A stretch of DNA of 64,000 nt from a virus. Its lineage: Duplodnaviria > Caudoviricetes. Both the position numbers and the translations under genes were made by a program. Positions 9,202-18,362 of this stretch are shown in pieces (position 1 is the first letter of the stretch; each line of letters opens with the position of its first letter). A model generated the notes under the pieces. It did not search any database. It had not been told where the DNA came from and was given only the letters and a program-made list of their open reading frames with translations. Location: positions 1 to 64,000 of the IMG/VR virus record IMGVR_UViG_3300015607_000582, one strand, 5' to 3'.

Positions 9202-9492
9202 ATGTACCGCATCTACATCTGGAACGCAGAGACCGGCAGCATCCGCAAGAAGAGGGACTACCAGCGTCTGGAGCTGGCGAAGGCTCGGGCCATCGAAGCC
9301 TCCCTCGACACCAACGTCCGCGAGGTCTCGGTCTGCGAGATCGACGAGAACGGCGAGCCCGGCCCCCGCATCGGCGTCGCGGCCTACGGCGAGTGGGCCG
9401 ACGGCAAGCGGGCCCCGCACGTCCCGCGCCACCGCCGCGCCGGGAGCAACCCTGCGCTGGCCACCATGAAGAAGACCCGTCGCAAGAAGTGA
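9202..9492 (+). CDS. hypothetical early protein
   Basis: 96 aa; AGGAG RBS. Confidence 0.7.
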   Translation: MYRIYIWNAETGSIRKKRDYQRLELAKARAIEASLDTNVREVSVCEIDENGEPGPRIGVAAYGEWADGKRAPHVPRHRRAGSNPALATMKKTRRKK

Positions 9493-9500
9493 GCGCACCC

Positions 9501-9938
9501 ATGGGAAGGCCCCCTATCCCCATTCCTCCCCCCAACCCATCTGGCTTCTGCTTCTGCGGCTGCGGGATGAAGACGCCCATCTCCAAGAGGTCGTATCACG
9601 AGAGGGGGATCGCCAAAGGCGAGCATGCGAAATACGTGCAGGGCCATGCCAAAAAGACCACCTTGGGCAGCAAGTATGCGCAGGAGGACAGGGGCCATTC
9701 GACGGAGTGCTGGATCTGGCAGGGGACCCTCGACAAGCGCGGCTACGGTCGAGTGAGAGGCGAGTCAGGCAAGGTGGGGCGCGCGTATCGGGTCGTCTAC
9801 GAGGCACATGTCGGGCCGATCCCCGAGGGGTTGCACCTACACCACCACTGCGAAGTCAAGGCGTGCGTGAACCCCGATCACTTGGAGCCCATGACGGGAG
9901 TGGAGCATGCGGCGTGGCACGATGCTCGCCGCAAGTAG
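9501..9938 (+). CDS. HNH endonuclease
   Basis: CFCGCG N-terminus; ECWIWQG...GYG...HHHCEVKACVNPDHLEP. Confidence 0.85.
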   Translation: MGRPPIPIPPPNPSGFCFCGCGMKTPISKRSYHERGIAKGEHAKYVQGHAKKTTLGSKYAQEDRGHSTECWIWQGTLDKRGYGRVRGESGKVGRAYRVVYEAHVGPIPEGLHLHHHCEVKACVNPDHLEPMTGVEHAAWHDARRK

Positions 9939-9944
9939 GAAAAG

Positions 9945-10006
9945 CTCGCAAATAGCGAACTTTTGTGCAACGTGAGGGTTGCATCTCACGATACGCCGGG
10001 TAGAGT
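9945..10006 (+). promoter_or_regulatory. early promoter, second copy
   Basis: 27-bp repeat followed by TTGCAT-N16-TAGAGT. Confidence 0.75.
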
Positions 10007-10047
10007 TCTACCTGTAAGCAGCACACCGCGACAACGGAGACCAGACC

Positions 10048-10800
10048 ATGACCACTGCAGCACCCACCTCAGACATCCTGCGCAAGGTGCAGGGCCTGCT
10101 CGCCAAGGCAGAGGGCACCGACTACGAGGCCGAGCGCGACGCCTTCCTCGCCAAGGCGCAGGAGATGATGGAGCGGTACGCCATCGACGCGGCCCAGCTC
10201 GAAGCAGCCAAGCCCGGCACGGAGCGCGAGCCCGTGAGCCTGTTCGTCGCGTGGCCCGCTCGCACTGTCGGCAAGAGCGCGAAGGGCTCGCTGGCCGTCA
10301 CCATCGCTCAGTCCAACCGCTGTCAGGTGAAGTCCGAGTACCGCTGGGTCGACGGCAAGCGCACGCTCGGGCTCCTGTTTCAGGGCATGCCCGAGGACGC
10401 CGAGTTCTGCATGATGCTCTACACGTCGCTCGGGCTGCAGGCTGAGCAGGCGTACGACCCGCGCAAGAAGCCGGAGTGGACGAACGGCCGCACCTACAGG
10501 GCGAACTTCTACGAGGGCTACTGCTCCCGCGTCAGCGACCGCATCCGCGAGCAGGCTCGTGAGCGTGCTGCCCAGCGCCGGGCCGAGGACGCAGAGGCGG
10601 GCACCAGCACCGCGCTCGTGATCGTGGGCATCGAGGAGCGCGTCGCCGCCAAGTTCGGCAAGGCCCGCTACGGCAGCCGCCGGGTGAACACGGCATACTG
10701 CGCCACCGGCCGCGCTGACGGCAGCTACGCAGGCAGCCGGGCCGACCTCTCGGGCGGTCGCACCAAGCAGTTCGCCAACCGCAAGCAGATCGGAGGCTGA
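10048..10800 (+). CDS. DUF2786-family protein
   Basis: ILRKVQGLLAKAEGT..EAERDAFLAKAQEMMERYAID N-terminal motif. Confidence 0.8.
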   Translation: MTTAAPTSDILRKVQGLLAKAEGTDYEAERDAFLAKAQEMMERYAIDAAQLEAAKPGTEREPVSLFVAWPARTVGKSAKGSLAVTIAQSNRCQVKSEYRWVDGKRTLGLLFQGMPEDAEFCMMLYTSLGLQAEQAYDPRKKPEWTNGRTYRANFYEGYCSRVSDRIREQARERAAQRRAEDAEAGTSTALVIVGIEERVAAKFGKARYGSRRVNTAYCATGRADGSYAGSRADLSGGRTKQFANRKQIGG

Positions 10801-10802
10801 CC

Positions 10803-11363
10803 ATGGCGACCGCTGACCCGCAGAAGTACCGGCTCTACGAGGCCGAGCGCGTGTTCGACGGCCACCGGGTCGTGCGCCACTTCCGCTCGCTCGCCGAGAT
10901 GCAGGCGTTCGCCGACCGGATCGTGAACAGCGACTGGTGGAAGGAGCGCAGCAGGGTCGAGGCCGTCAAGGTCTTCCTCGGCCGCAAGGACGCGAGCAAG
11001 GCGAAGGCGTACCCGCGCCTCTCGTCGTGGCGGGGCGTCACGCAGACGACGCCGTTCGTCACGATGCCGCCCTCGTGGGCCGCGACCGACGTGACGCTGA
11101 TCCACGAGCTGGCGCACATCTGCGTCGGGACGCGCGAGCAGCATGGGCCGAAGTACGCGGCGTGCTACCTCGACATGATCCGCAAGTTCGGCGGCAGCGT
11201 CATGCACGACATGCTGCGCGAGAGCTTCGACGACCAGCGCGTCGAGTACGGCGACGGCGAGGTGAAGTCGACCCGCACGGTCGAGCGCGAGGCGGCGCGG
11301 GAGCGGGAGCGCCCGAAGCTGAGCCGGGACGACGAGACGTTCCTGCGCCTCATCGGCATGTGA
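10803..11363 (+). CDS. SprT-like / TIGR04338-like zinc metallohydrolase
   Basis: LIHELAH...HGPKY motif; paired with a DUF2786 gene as in Actinobacteria. Confidence 0.75.
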   Translation: MATADPQKYRLYEAERVFDGHRVVRHFRSLAEMQAFADRIVNSDWWKERSRVEAVKVFLGRKDASKAKAYPRLSSWRGVTQTTPFVTMPPSWAATDVTLIHELAHICVGTREQHGPKYAACYLDMIRKFGGSVMHDMLRESFDDQRVEYGDGEVKSTRTVEREAARERERPKLSRDDETFLRLIGM

Positions 11364-11370
11364 GCAACGA

Positions 11371-11400
11371 GAAGGGCCCCAGCCGAAGCCGGGGCCCTTC
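11371..11400. terminator. bidirectional intrinsic terminator
   Basis: GAAGGGCCCC/GGGGCCCTTC stem between convergent genes; cUUCGg loop on the - strand. Confidence 0.8.
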
Positions 11401-11426
11401 TTGACTGACTTGCGGAGCTGGCTCTA

Positions 11427-12503
11427 TCAGGTGTAGAGGCCGCGCTCGGCGATGTTGGTGCGGGTCATCGCGCCCGGCGAGAGCTGGCTGCCGATGTCGC
11501 CGTAGGCATCTGCCTTGACGATGCGAGCGAGGCCGCGTGCGTTGAGGATGAGCATGCCGATCAGCTCGTCCATCACCCAGCCCTTGTAGAACTGCTCGAC
11601 CTGATGGTTCTCCTCGACGTCGAGCGAGTACATCACCGGCATGACGCCGACGAAGTTGGCGTCGGCCGCCATGATGACCTCGCCCTGCGGAACCATGACG
11701 GAACGCTGCAGCTCGAACTCGCCGAACTGGGTGATCTTCTCACCCGAGACCGTCTTGTCCTTGAAGCCCCAGCCCGTCTGGTTGATGTCCCAGACGTACA
11801 GGTCGCGAGCGTCCTGCGGATGGATGAGGAGGCGCTTGGCTTCGAGCTGCTCGACCTCGATCATCGAGACCGCGCTGTAGAAGTCCTGCGGCTCCAGCGG
11901 GCTGTCCGCGCCCACCATGACCGTCTTCTCGGACGTGTGGGCGGCGGGGCCCTCCGAGATGCCGGTCATCACGCCGCCGGTCGGGGTGGTACCCGCCGCG
12001 CCGTGATCGGTGATGGCGGTCTCCAGCAGCGTGATGAGCTTGAAGTCCTCCTGCTTCTGGATGGCCTGACGCGACTCGTCCTGCGCGTACTCGACCGCGT
12101 TGACGCGGAGGTAGTACAGGTCCTCCTTGCGGACGCGAGGGAAGGCGGCCACGCGGAAGAGCTGCGGGAACGCCTGCTTGCCCTCGAACACCTGAATCTG
12201 GACTTCGCCGTCCGTCGAGTTCAGGATGTACGCCATGCCGAGGTCATCGAGGATGTCGTACGGCATGAGCGGGCCGCGCTCCAGCGGATCTTCGAGCAGC
12301 ACGTTGCGGGACATGCCCTCGTAGCGCAGTCGGATCTGGATCGGGCCGATCATGCCCTGACCGAGGCGGTGCATGCCGTTGGCCTTGTCGGACAGGATGG
12401 TGGACAGTCGCTGCTGCTTCTCTGCCTTGCTCAGCTTCGGCAGACCAGCCAGCTTCTGCTCGTAGTCGGCCGATGCGACGGCCTTACGTGCGGTGATGGT
12501 CAT
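11427..12503 (-). CDS. major capsid protein (Bxz1/cluster C-like)
   Basis: RLGQGMIGPIQIRLRYEG...EDLYYLR...WDINQTGW...PVMYSLDVEE...KGWVMDEL; strong recalled similarity to the Bxz1 capsid protein. Confidence 0.92.
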   Translation of the reverse strand: MTITARKAVASADYEQKLAGLPKLSKAEKQQRLSTILSDKANGMHRLGQGMIGPIQIRLRYEGMSRNVLLEDPLERGPLMPYDILDDLGMAYILNSTDGEVQIQVFEGKQAFPQLFRVAAFPRVRKEDLYYLRVNAVEYAQDESRQAIQKQEDFKLITLLETAITDHGAAGTTPTGGVMTGISEGPAAHTSEKTVMVGADSPLEPQDFYSAVSMIEVEQLEAKRLLIHPQDARDLYVWDINQTGWGFKDKTVSGEKITQFGEFELQRSVMVPQGEVIMAADANFVGVMPVMYSLDVEENHQVEQFYKGWVMDELIGMLILNARGLARIVKADAYGDIGSQLSPGAMTRTNIAERGLYT

Positions 12504-12539
12504 GGTGATGTGGTTCCTTCGTGAAGTGAGGTTGGCAGG

Positions 12540-13142
12540 TCAGACGAGGAGCTGGACGACGACGGCGTTGGCCGACAGGCGCTCGACGAGGCGAGCGGTG
12601 CGGCCGAGCGCGGCGGTACCGAGCACGGCGATGTCCGCCGCAGCGTCAGCACCAGCGGTCGGGTCACCGGGGGTGTCGGCTTCGAGCTGCGCCTTGGCGT
12701 TCGCGGAGAGGTAGACCTCCGTCACGTCGGTCCCATCCTCGGCGGCAGCGGCAGCCGAGAGGCCGGTGTCGCTGAACGCGGGGGAGAGGATCTGCCAGTG
12801 CGAGCCGGGGCCGCTCCAGACGGAGACCTCGGCCGCGCCCTTCAGCTCGTCGAGGTCACCACCCACGAACTGCCCGAAGAGGCCGAACGACCGCTCGCGG
12901 TCGGCGGAGGTGTAGTGCGGCGTCACGGTGCGGCCCACCTTCTTCATGGCCACCATGCCGGGCAGGATCGCGCCCATGGTGTTGCCAGAGATGCCGGTCG
13001 TCGCGGTGCCGGTCAGTGCGCCGCCCGTGCGGGTGAATGCGCTGTCCAGCTCCATGGGAACCGGGGTAGCCTGCGTGTGCGCCAGAAGCGGGCGCAGGGT
13101 GCGCCGCTTGTGTGCGTGCGTCAGGTTGTTGAGTCGGAGCAT
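12540..13142 (-). CDS. capsid decoration protein
   Basis: KRRTLRPLLAHTQATP...ILPG...FGL...QILSPAF; directly upstream of the capsid gene as in Bxz1. Confidence 0.75.
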   Translation of the reverse strand: MLRLNNLTHAHKRRTLRPLLAHTQATPVPMELDSAFTRTGGALTGTATTGISGNTMGAILPGMVAMKKVGRTVTPHYTSADRERSFGLFGQFVGGDLDELKGAAEVSVWSGPGSHWQILSPAFSDTGLSAAAAAEDGTDVTEVYLSANAKAQLEADTPGDPTAGADAAADIAVLGTAALGRTARLVERLSANAVVVQLLV

Positions 13143-13210
13143 GTCTGCTGTGTTCCTTGTTGATGGGGTTTGTGGCCGTCCACTCCGGCCGGATCAGGTG
13201 GCGAACCGGA

Positions 13211-13942
13211 TCACATGAATGCCTGCGCGTCAGAGAGGTCCTGATCGCTCGATGGCACTGCATGCTCCGATGGCTCAACGGATGCACGCCGCCCCTGCAG
13301 GGAGGGCATGCTCGTCGCTGCCGTCTTCTTGACCGAAGCCTGCTTGCGCAGACCGGCCGTCCTCACTCGTGCGAGCGTCGAGAGCTGGGCATCCAGCTCC
13401 GTCTGCGTCGCGCCTTCGAGTTCGGAAACTCGGTTGTACTTGTCGTCGGCGGGGATGAGACCCAGCTCGATCTCCGTCTCCGCGAGGCGGAAGCAGGCAA
13501 GCGCGTGCTTGCGAGCCGCTGCCTTGTGGGCGTCGATGAGGTCGCCGACCTCCTGCGTCACCGGGTCGGCCTGACCCTCGGTGCCGCTCCACGTCTGCGT
13601 GCGATCACCCACGGGCTCCGCGATGGGGGCCGTGACGTCGACGGTCGTGGGCTCGTGGTCGGGGAACTTCGGGCCAGCGGTGTGCTCACTGGCGGTGACG
13701 CCGTCGGCACTTGCCGGGAAGGGCTCGTTGGTCACCGGGGCCGTCTGGCCGTCGGTGCCACTCCACGTCGAAGTGGGCTCGCCAGTGACGTTGACGTCCT
13801 TCGCCACGTCCTGATGGTCGACGCCCTCCAGCGGGTTGTCGAGAACCGCGCCGACGCCCTCGGGGTCGACGCGCTTGTCGGGGGCCGTGTCCGAACCGCC
13901 GTGGGCAGATGCACCGTCCGCGATCTTGGTCTGGTCACTCAT
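13211..13942 (-). CDS. nested in-frame scaffold protein (MSDQTKIAD...)
   Basis: internal ATG 13942 preceded by AGGAAGGA; late promoter at 14124-14134. Confidence 0.55.
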   Translation of the reverse strand: MSDQTKIADGASAHGGSDTAPDKRVDPEGVGAVLDNPLEGVDHQDVAKDVNVTGEPTSTWSGTDGQTAPVTNEPFPASADGVTASEHTAGPKFPDHEPTTVDVTAPIAEPVGDRTQTWSGTEGQADPVTQEVGDLIDAHKAAARKHALACFRLAETEIELGLIPADDKYNRVSELEGATQTELDAQLSTLARVRTAGLRKQASVKKTAATSMPSLQGRRASVEPSEHAVPSSDQDLSDAQAFM

Positions 13943-15670
13943 GTTGGTATGGGTTCCTTCCTGAGCCGAACTCTCGACCGGCCTTGTGTGGTCCTCGACG
14001 ACCTTCGCATCCTTGGGCTTGTCACTCGCACGTCGAGAAGCTGGCAACGCTGGCTTCTCTTCGACTCGTACTCGCCCGCGTGGGCCGCCGCTGTTGGCGA
14101 CCCTGCGATTGCCTGAAGTGCCTTCGCTTGTTAGAGCGGAGGAAGAGGACGCAAGTTGCGGAGGACGTACGGGATCGTTGCCGTCCTGCTCCTGAACTTC
14201 GACCGGCGCGTCGGTCTCTCGCATCTGCTGATCGACCTCCTGCGCCTTCTCCAGATCGGGGTTGTCGAAGCCCTCGGGCGGCTCGACGTACTGGCAGATG
14301 CGGCAGGAGCCATCCTCCATGCCGGGCGTTCCGCAGACCGGGCACATGCGCTCCTGACGGAGCGTGTCGACCTTCGTCGGCGCGGTCTCGGACTGGTACT
14401 GCGGCGGGTCGTTGCGGTCGGCCGTCTTGCCGAAGTCCTCGGGGATGGTGAGGTCGCCGGGCGTCGCGTCCAGAGCGGGCTCGATGCGGCCGGGCAGCTT
14501 CGGGGCTCGCGGCGCTGTCACTCCGGTCGCGGCATCGACGAATCGCTGGCGGTCGAAGCGCGGGTTGGTCGAGGTGAAGTAGTCCGCGAATCGCTGGGCC
14601 AGAGCCTCATCGGCACCGTGGTTGCGGAGAATCTCCGCGACTGCCGTGAAGTCCTTCGCCGACATCGCCATCGCGAGCTTCTCGTCACGGGCGGCGCGAC
14701 GGTCGCGGTCGACCATCTGCTTGGGCGCGTCCTGATCGTAGAAGGCGGGCATGGTCTCGACGCCGTCGCCAGTCGCAGGGCCGATGCGGCGCTGAACCTC
14801 TTCAGGCGGGGCAGGCTGGTCGCCGAACTTGGCGCGGTACTCGTCCCACTTGCCCTTGATATTCGCTGCGGCGATGCCGCCCGATGCACTCAGCATCATC
14901 GCCTCGGAGAACCACGAGGGGATCTGGTCGAGCAAGCCGCTGCCGGTCGTGGCGGCGGCGTGCTTGAGCGTGCCGGGGACGGTCAGCGCGGTCTCGTCGG
15001 CAGGCTGGACAACGCCGGACAGCTCGAAGAAGTGGAAGTCGTAGCAGTGCTCGGCGGCACGCCGCGCGGTCTTGCGCCCCGTCTTGGGATCCTCGAAGTC
15101 GAAGTACGCGCCCTTGCTGAGGATGTGGCTGCAGAACTCCTCGGGCGACGTCGCCTCGTTGGAGCAGTGCGAGCAGACGCTGCGCTCGACGTTCGCGCCC
15201 ATGCTGAAGCCGTCGATGTCGCCCTTGATGATCGCCGTGGCGAACTTCGGGAACGTCTTGGCGTCGACCTCCAGCAGCAGCTCGACCCACGTCGGCGGCT
15301 TGTGGCAGTCCCAGCACTCGTCGCTGGAGTAGTACGGGTCGAGCGAGGCGGTCTTCTCGTCGTCGCGATGGAGCTTCGCATCGACGATCACGCCTCGCGT
15401 GCGTCGCGGATCGCTGTTGTTGTGCTCCACGAAGAGCGGCTTGCCGATGAACGACCGATACGACTTGGCCAGCTCCTCGCTGGGCCACGAGTCGTGGTTG
15501 AGGTTCACCCTCGACGAGATCGCCCGGACGCGGACGTACAGGAAGTCGTCCGACGTGCGGTAGTCGTGGTCGCTCCAGTCCGCGAACTTGTCGAGGGTCG
15601 CCACGCGGTGCTTGGAGCGCGAGGGCTTGACCTCAAGGATCTCGACGTTGGCGTACTTCTTGAAGGACAT
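13211..15670 (-). CDS. prohead (capsid maturation) protease-scaffold fusion with inserted modules
   Basis: FIGKPLFVEH...FSMG...ELSGVVQPADETA clan SH-like protease with Zn-finger insert; acidic scaffold-like C-terminus. Confidence 0.8.
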   Translation of the reverse strand: MSFKKYANVEILEVKPSRSKHRVATLDKFADWSDHDYRTSDDFLYVRVRAISSRVNLNHDSWPSEELAKSYRSFIGKPLFVEHNNSDPRRTRGVIVDAKLHRDDEKTASLDPYYSSDECWDCHKPPTWVELLLEVDAKTFPKFATAIIKGDIDGFSMGANVERSVCSHCSNEATSPEEFCSHILSKGAYFDFEDPKTGRKTARRAAEHCYDFHFFELSGVVQPADETALTVPGTLKHAAATTGSGLLDQIPSWFSEAMMLSASGGIAAANIKGKWDEYRAKFGDQPAPPEEVQRRIGPATGDGVETMPAFYDQDAPKQMVDRDRRAARDEKLAMAMSAKDFTAVAEILRNHGADEALAQRFADYFTSTNPRFDRQRFVDAATGVTAPRAPKLPGRIEPALDATPGDLTIPEDFGKTADRNDPPQYQSETAPTKVDTLRQERMCPVCGTPGMEDGSCRICQYVEPPEGFDNPDLEKAQEVDQQMRETDAPVEVQEQDGNDPVRPPQLASSSSALTSEGTSGNRRVANSGGPRGRVRVEEKPALPASRRASDKPKDAKVVEDHTRPVESSAQEGTHTNMSDQTKIADGASAHGGSDTAPDKRVDPEGVGAVLDNPLEGVDHQDVAKDVNVTGEPTSTWSGTDGQTAPVTNEPFPASADGVTASEHTAGPKFPDHEPTTVDVTAPIAEPVGDRTQTWSGTEGQADPVTQEVGDLIDAHKAAARKHALACFRLAETEIELGLIPADDKYNRVSELEGATQTELDAQLSTLARVRTAGLRKQASVKKTAATSMPSLQGRRASVEPSEHAVPSSDQDLSDAQAFM
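14124..14134 (-). promoter_or_regulatory. late promoter motif (intragenic)
   Basis: CTAACAAGCGA. Confidence 0.6.
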
Positions 15671-15673
15671 GGC

Positions 15674-16426
15674 TCAGTTGGCCTTGGGGTCGGCGGTCAG
15701 CGGCACACGAGCCTCGTTCGACTCGGCGAGGGTGACGCGGTCGATGCGACCGGCCACGCGATAGCCGGGGAACGCAACCTGCGCCTCCCTGACGATCTCG
15801 CCGTCGTTGAGGACGTTGGCGTCAGCCACGCAGGCGACGAACGAGCGTCGGCCCTTCGCGGCATCTGCGTTCGCGATGACGATGTGCGAGAACACGCCGC
15901 CTCCAGCGCCGGGTGCCTTCTTCTCGACCGGCAGCGGCAGCGGCTCGTCGCCGGGCGGCGGGGGAACATCACCGCCGGGAGCGTCGAGCGGCGGAAGGCC
16001 AGCGTCGCCCTCGGGGCCGATGGGATCCTCGCCGGGAACCGGAACCTTGAGGTGCTCGGCGATGGCCTTGAGCAGATCGAAGACCTCGCCCAGCTTGGGC
16101 TCCTTGGCCTCGGGCTCACTCGGCTCGTCGGCGTCGTCCGAGTCGCCGCCGATGGGCTCGGGCTCGTCGTCCTTCGGTGCGTCATCGGCTGGCGCGTCGT
16201 CCTTGGGCTCCTCGTCCCCGCCGTCCTTGTCGAACGGGAACTCGGCGACCTTGATCGTCGCCTCCCACTGAAGGTCGGAGCGGCCGACGGCATTCGCAGC
16301 GGCGACCTTGCGCCCGCTCGCGTCCACCAGCACCATCGAGACCAGCTCGAAGCCAGCTTCCTTGATCTGCTGCTTCGCGTCAGCGGCCGTGATGTCAGCG
16401 GGCCGAGTGATCTTGCGAGTGCTCAT
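15674..16426 (-). CDS. acidic Pro-rich head-associated protein
   Basis: ATG 16426 with AGAGG RBS; D/E/P-rich middle; RKVA and IKVA motifs. Confidence 0.65.
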   Translation of the reverse strand: MSTRKITRPADITAADAKQQIKEAGFELVSMVLVDASGRKVAAANAVGRSDLQWEATIKVAEFPFDKDGGDEEPKDDAPADDAPKDDEPEPIGGDSDDADEPSEPEAKEPKLGEVFDLLKAIAEHLKVPVPGEDPIGPEGDAGLPPLDAPGGDVPPPPGDEPLPLPVEKKAPGAGGGVFSHIVIANADAAKGRRSFVACVADANVLNDGEIVREAQVAFPGYRVAGRIDRVTLAESNEARVPLTADPKAN

Positions 16427-16470
16427 TGGGTTGGTACCTCTTGAAGTTGGGTGTGGGCGCAAGCGCCGCT

Positions 16471-16481
16471 TCACTACTTAG
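16471..16481 (-). promoter_or_regulatory. late promoter motif
   Basis: CTAAGTAGTGA. Confidence 0.65.
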
Positions 16482-16492
16482 CAGGGCGGAGA

Positions 16493-17530
16493 TCAGACCC
16501 CGGTCGCGTTGCGAACCTTGATGAACGGAACCATGCCGACCGAGAGCGGCTTCGTGTCGACCGTGTACGACTCGGAGATCGCGCCGCCCGATCCAGTGAC
16601 GCCGCCGCCCTCGCCCGCAGTGGTGGTGACCGAAGCTGCGTCCGTGTTGAGGTTGAGCTGGACACCACCAGTCGGCCCTCGAACCGGAAGGCCGCTCACT
16701 GTCTGGTTCAGGGGGTGCCTGTGCTGCGCATGCGGCACCGGGTGCGCCCAGCCGGGGTCTGCCTGCGTGTACCCGTCGACCGTGTCAGGGTAAGACGCGG
16801 AGCTTTCGATGGCCGACGCCTTGAGGTTGTAGACGATCCCGAATCGACTTGCCCCCGTCTCCATCTTCCCCTGCGACGGATCCTCGATGCCGCCGGGGAG
16901 GATGTCGTCGTGGAACATGTAGTGGCGATGCTGCATGCCATGCACATGCGCTGGCGTCGAATGCTGGTGCGCTGGCGTGGAGTGCTGGTGTGCGCCGATC
17001 TCGACGTTGATCGTGTCCGTGTTCGCGCCCTGCGTGCCGACGTTCGCGGTGCCGTTGTGCGTGGTGACGCCGCCGACGGTTCCCACGGTCGAGCTGTGCG
17101 CCACGCCGATGACGTAGTGGCCCACGAGGTCAGGCAGACGCACAGAGCCAGTCAGCGACGCATCGAGCGTCTCGAAGTCGTGGTTGGCAGCACTGATCGA
17201 CTGACCATTCGCCACCTCGAAGCCAGCCGACTGCTGCTGCGTGATGACCGCAGTCAGCGCAGCCTGCGTCGGTGCCCACACCCACTTGACGTCACCGAGC
17301 TTGGGCTTCTCGGCGAAGAGCTTCTGGATGTATAGCCAGATGCCCTTGCCGACGCCGCGCTCAGCCAGTGGAGGCCAGACGGTGACACCGTCGACCGGGC
17401 GACCGATGATGGCGTCGAGCGTGTCCCAGTTCTCTTCGAGTTCAGCCCGCGAGTACAGGTCGTCGCCCACGCTCCAAACGCGGAAACGATCCTGTGTCAG
17501 GCCGCTTGCTGGATCAGACCAACGGGACAT
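16493..17530 (-). CDS. tail-collar/short-fibre-like structural protein
   Basis: GFEVANG...RLPDLVGHYVIG collar-like motif; HxH repeats; C-terminal P.SVGMVPFIK. Confidence 0.6.
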   Translation of the reverse strand: MSRWSDPASGLTQDRFRVWSVGDDLYSRAELEENWDTLDAIIGRPVDGVTVWPPLAERGVGKGIWLYIQKLFAEKPKLGDVKWVWAPTQAALTAVITQQQSAGFEVANGQSISAANHDFETLDASLTGSVRLPDLVGHYVIGVAHSSTVGTVGGVTTHNGTANVGTQGANTDTINVEIGAHQHSTPAHQHSTPAHVHGMQHRHYMFHDDILPGGIEDPSQGKMETGASRFGIVYNLKASAIESSASYPDTVDGYTQADPGWAHPVPHAQHRHPLNQTVSGLPVRGPTGGVQLNLNTDAASVTTTAGEGGGVTGSGGAISESYTVDTKPLSVGMVPFIKVRNATGV

Positions 17531-17535
17531 TCAGC

Positions 17536-18342
17536 TCACGCCTTTGCTCGAACGAAGCAGCGGACATGCGAGAGCGGGCGGGTGCGGCGGTAGACGCCGC
17601 CGCCATTGTCCTGCGACCCGCCGTCATCTGCGGACGTGTTGCCCTCGATGCAGGTGACGGTACCGGCGTCGAGGTTGACGCGCACGACGACGCCGACGTG
17701 CTTGGCCTCGCCGCCCCCGAAGTGGAACAGGGCGAGGTCTCCCGGCTTCGCGCCAGCGCGGCTGACGAGGCGCAGGCCGTGCCGACCGCGCTTGGCATCG
17801 TCCTCGATGTAGGGGCAGTAGGCCCAGCGTCGCCCGCGCTTGAACGCCTTGAGCTTGACGCTGACGCCGAGCCAAGTGCAGAACATCGCGCACCATGGGC
17901 CGATCATTCCGTACCAAGTGCTGTACTTCACTCGGTTGGTGCCGCTCGGGCTCTCGGTGGTGCCGATCTGCGACGCGGCGAGCTTGACCATCTTCGCTCG
18001 CTTGGCCGCATTCGCCCGCTGCAGCTTGGCAAGGCGGACGCGCGCCCGACGGCGGGCCGCGAAGAGCGGGGGCAGCTTGCGAGCGCCCGGCTTGTCGATG
18101 GGGAGCAGGAACGAGTGCAGCGCGGGACCGTAGATGCCGTTGATAGCTCGCTTGGGGAAGCCGAGCCAATACTGGGCGTCGCGCACGGCCTGCTGCGTCA
18201 GCGGGCCGAACTCACCGTCGATGCTGGTCTTGAGGAAGTCCCTCTTGAGGCGGTTCGCCCCGTTGAGGATGACCTGCGCTTCCCTGACACGCTCGCCCTT
18301 GCGGTGCGGAGTTATCAGCGCGAGTGCTGGGAACTTGCTCAT
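17536..18342 (-). CDS. endolysin: peptidoglycan-binding domain plus CHAP amidase
   Basis: IDGEFGPLTQQAVRDAQ; PWCAMF...HVGVV...CIEGNTS. Confidence 0.88.
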   Translation of the reverse strand: MSKFPALALITPHRKGERVREAQVILNGANRLKRDFLKTSIDGEFGPLTQQAVRDAQYWLGFPKRAINGIYGPALHSFLLPIDKPGARKLPPLFAARRRARVRLAKLQRANAAKRAKMVKLAASQIGTTESPSGTNRVKYSTWYGMIGPWCAMFCTWLGVSVKLKAFKRGRRWAYCPYIEDDAKRGRHGLRLVSRAGAKPGDLALFHFGGGEAKHVGVVVRVNLDAGTVTCIEGNTSADDGGSQDNGGGVYRRTRPLSHVRCFVRAKA

Positions 18343-18362
18343 CGGTGTGATTCTCCTTCGGC

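Noticed and set aside
8708-9971. 27-bp direct repeat as a CRISPR repeat or att site
   Set aside because: Only two copies 1.2 kb apart, each tied to a promoter; no spacer array, cas or integrase in the window.
14156-16444. Long + strand ORFs (762 aa here; also 1946-3493, 23481-25745, 27000-28703, 29869-31638)
   Set aside because: Antisense shadows of GC3-biased - strand genes; no RBS or motifs.
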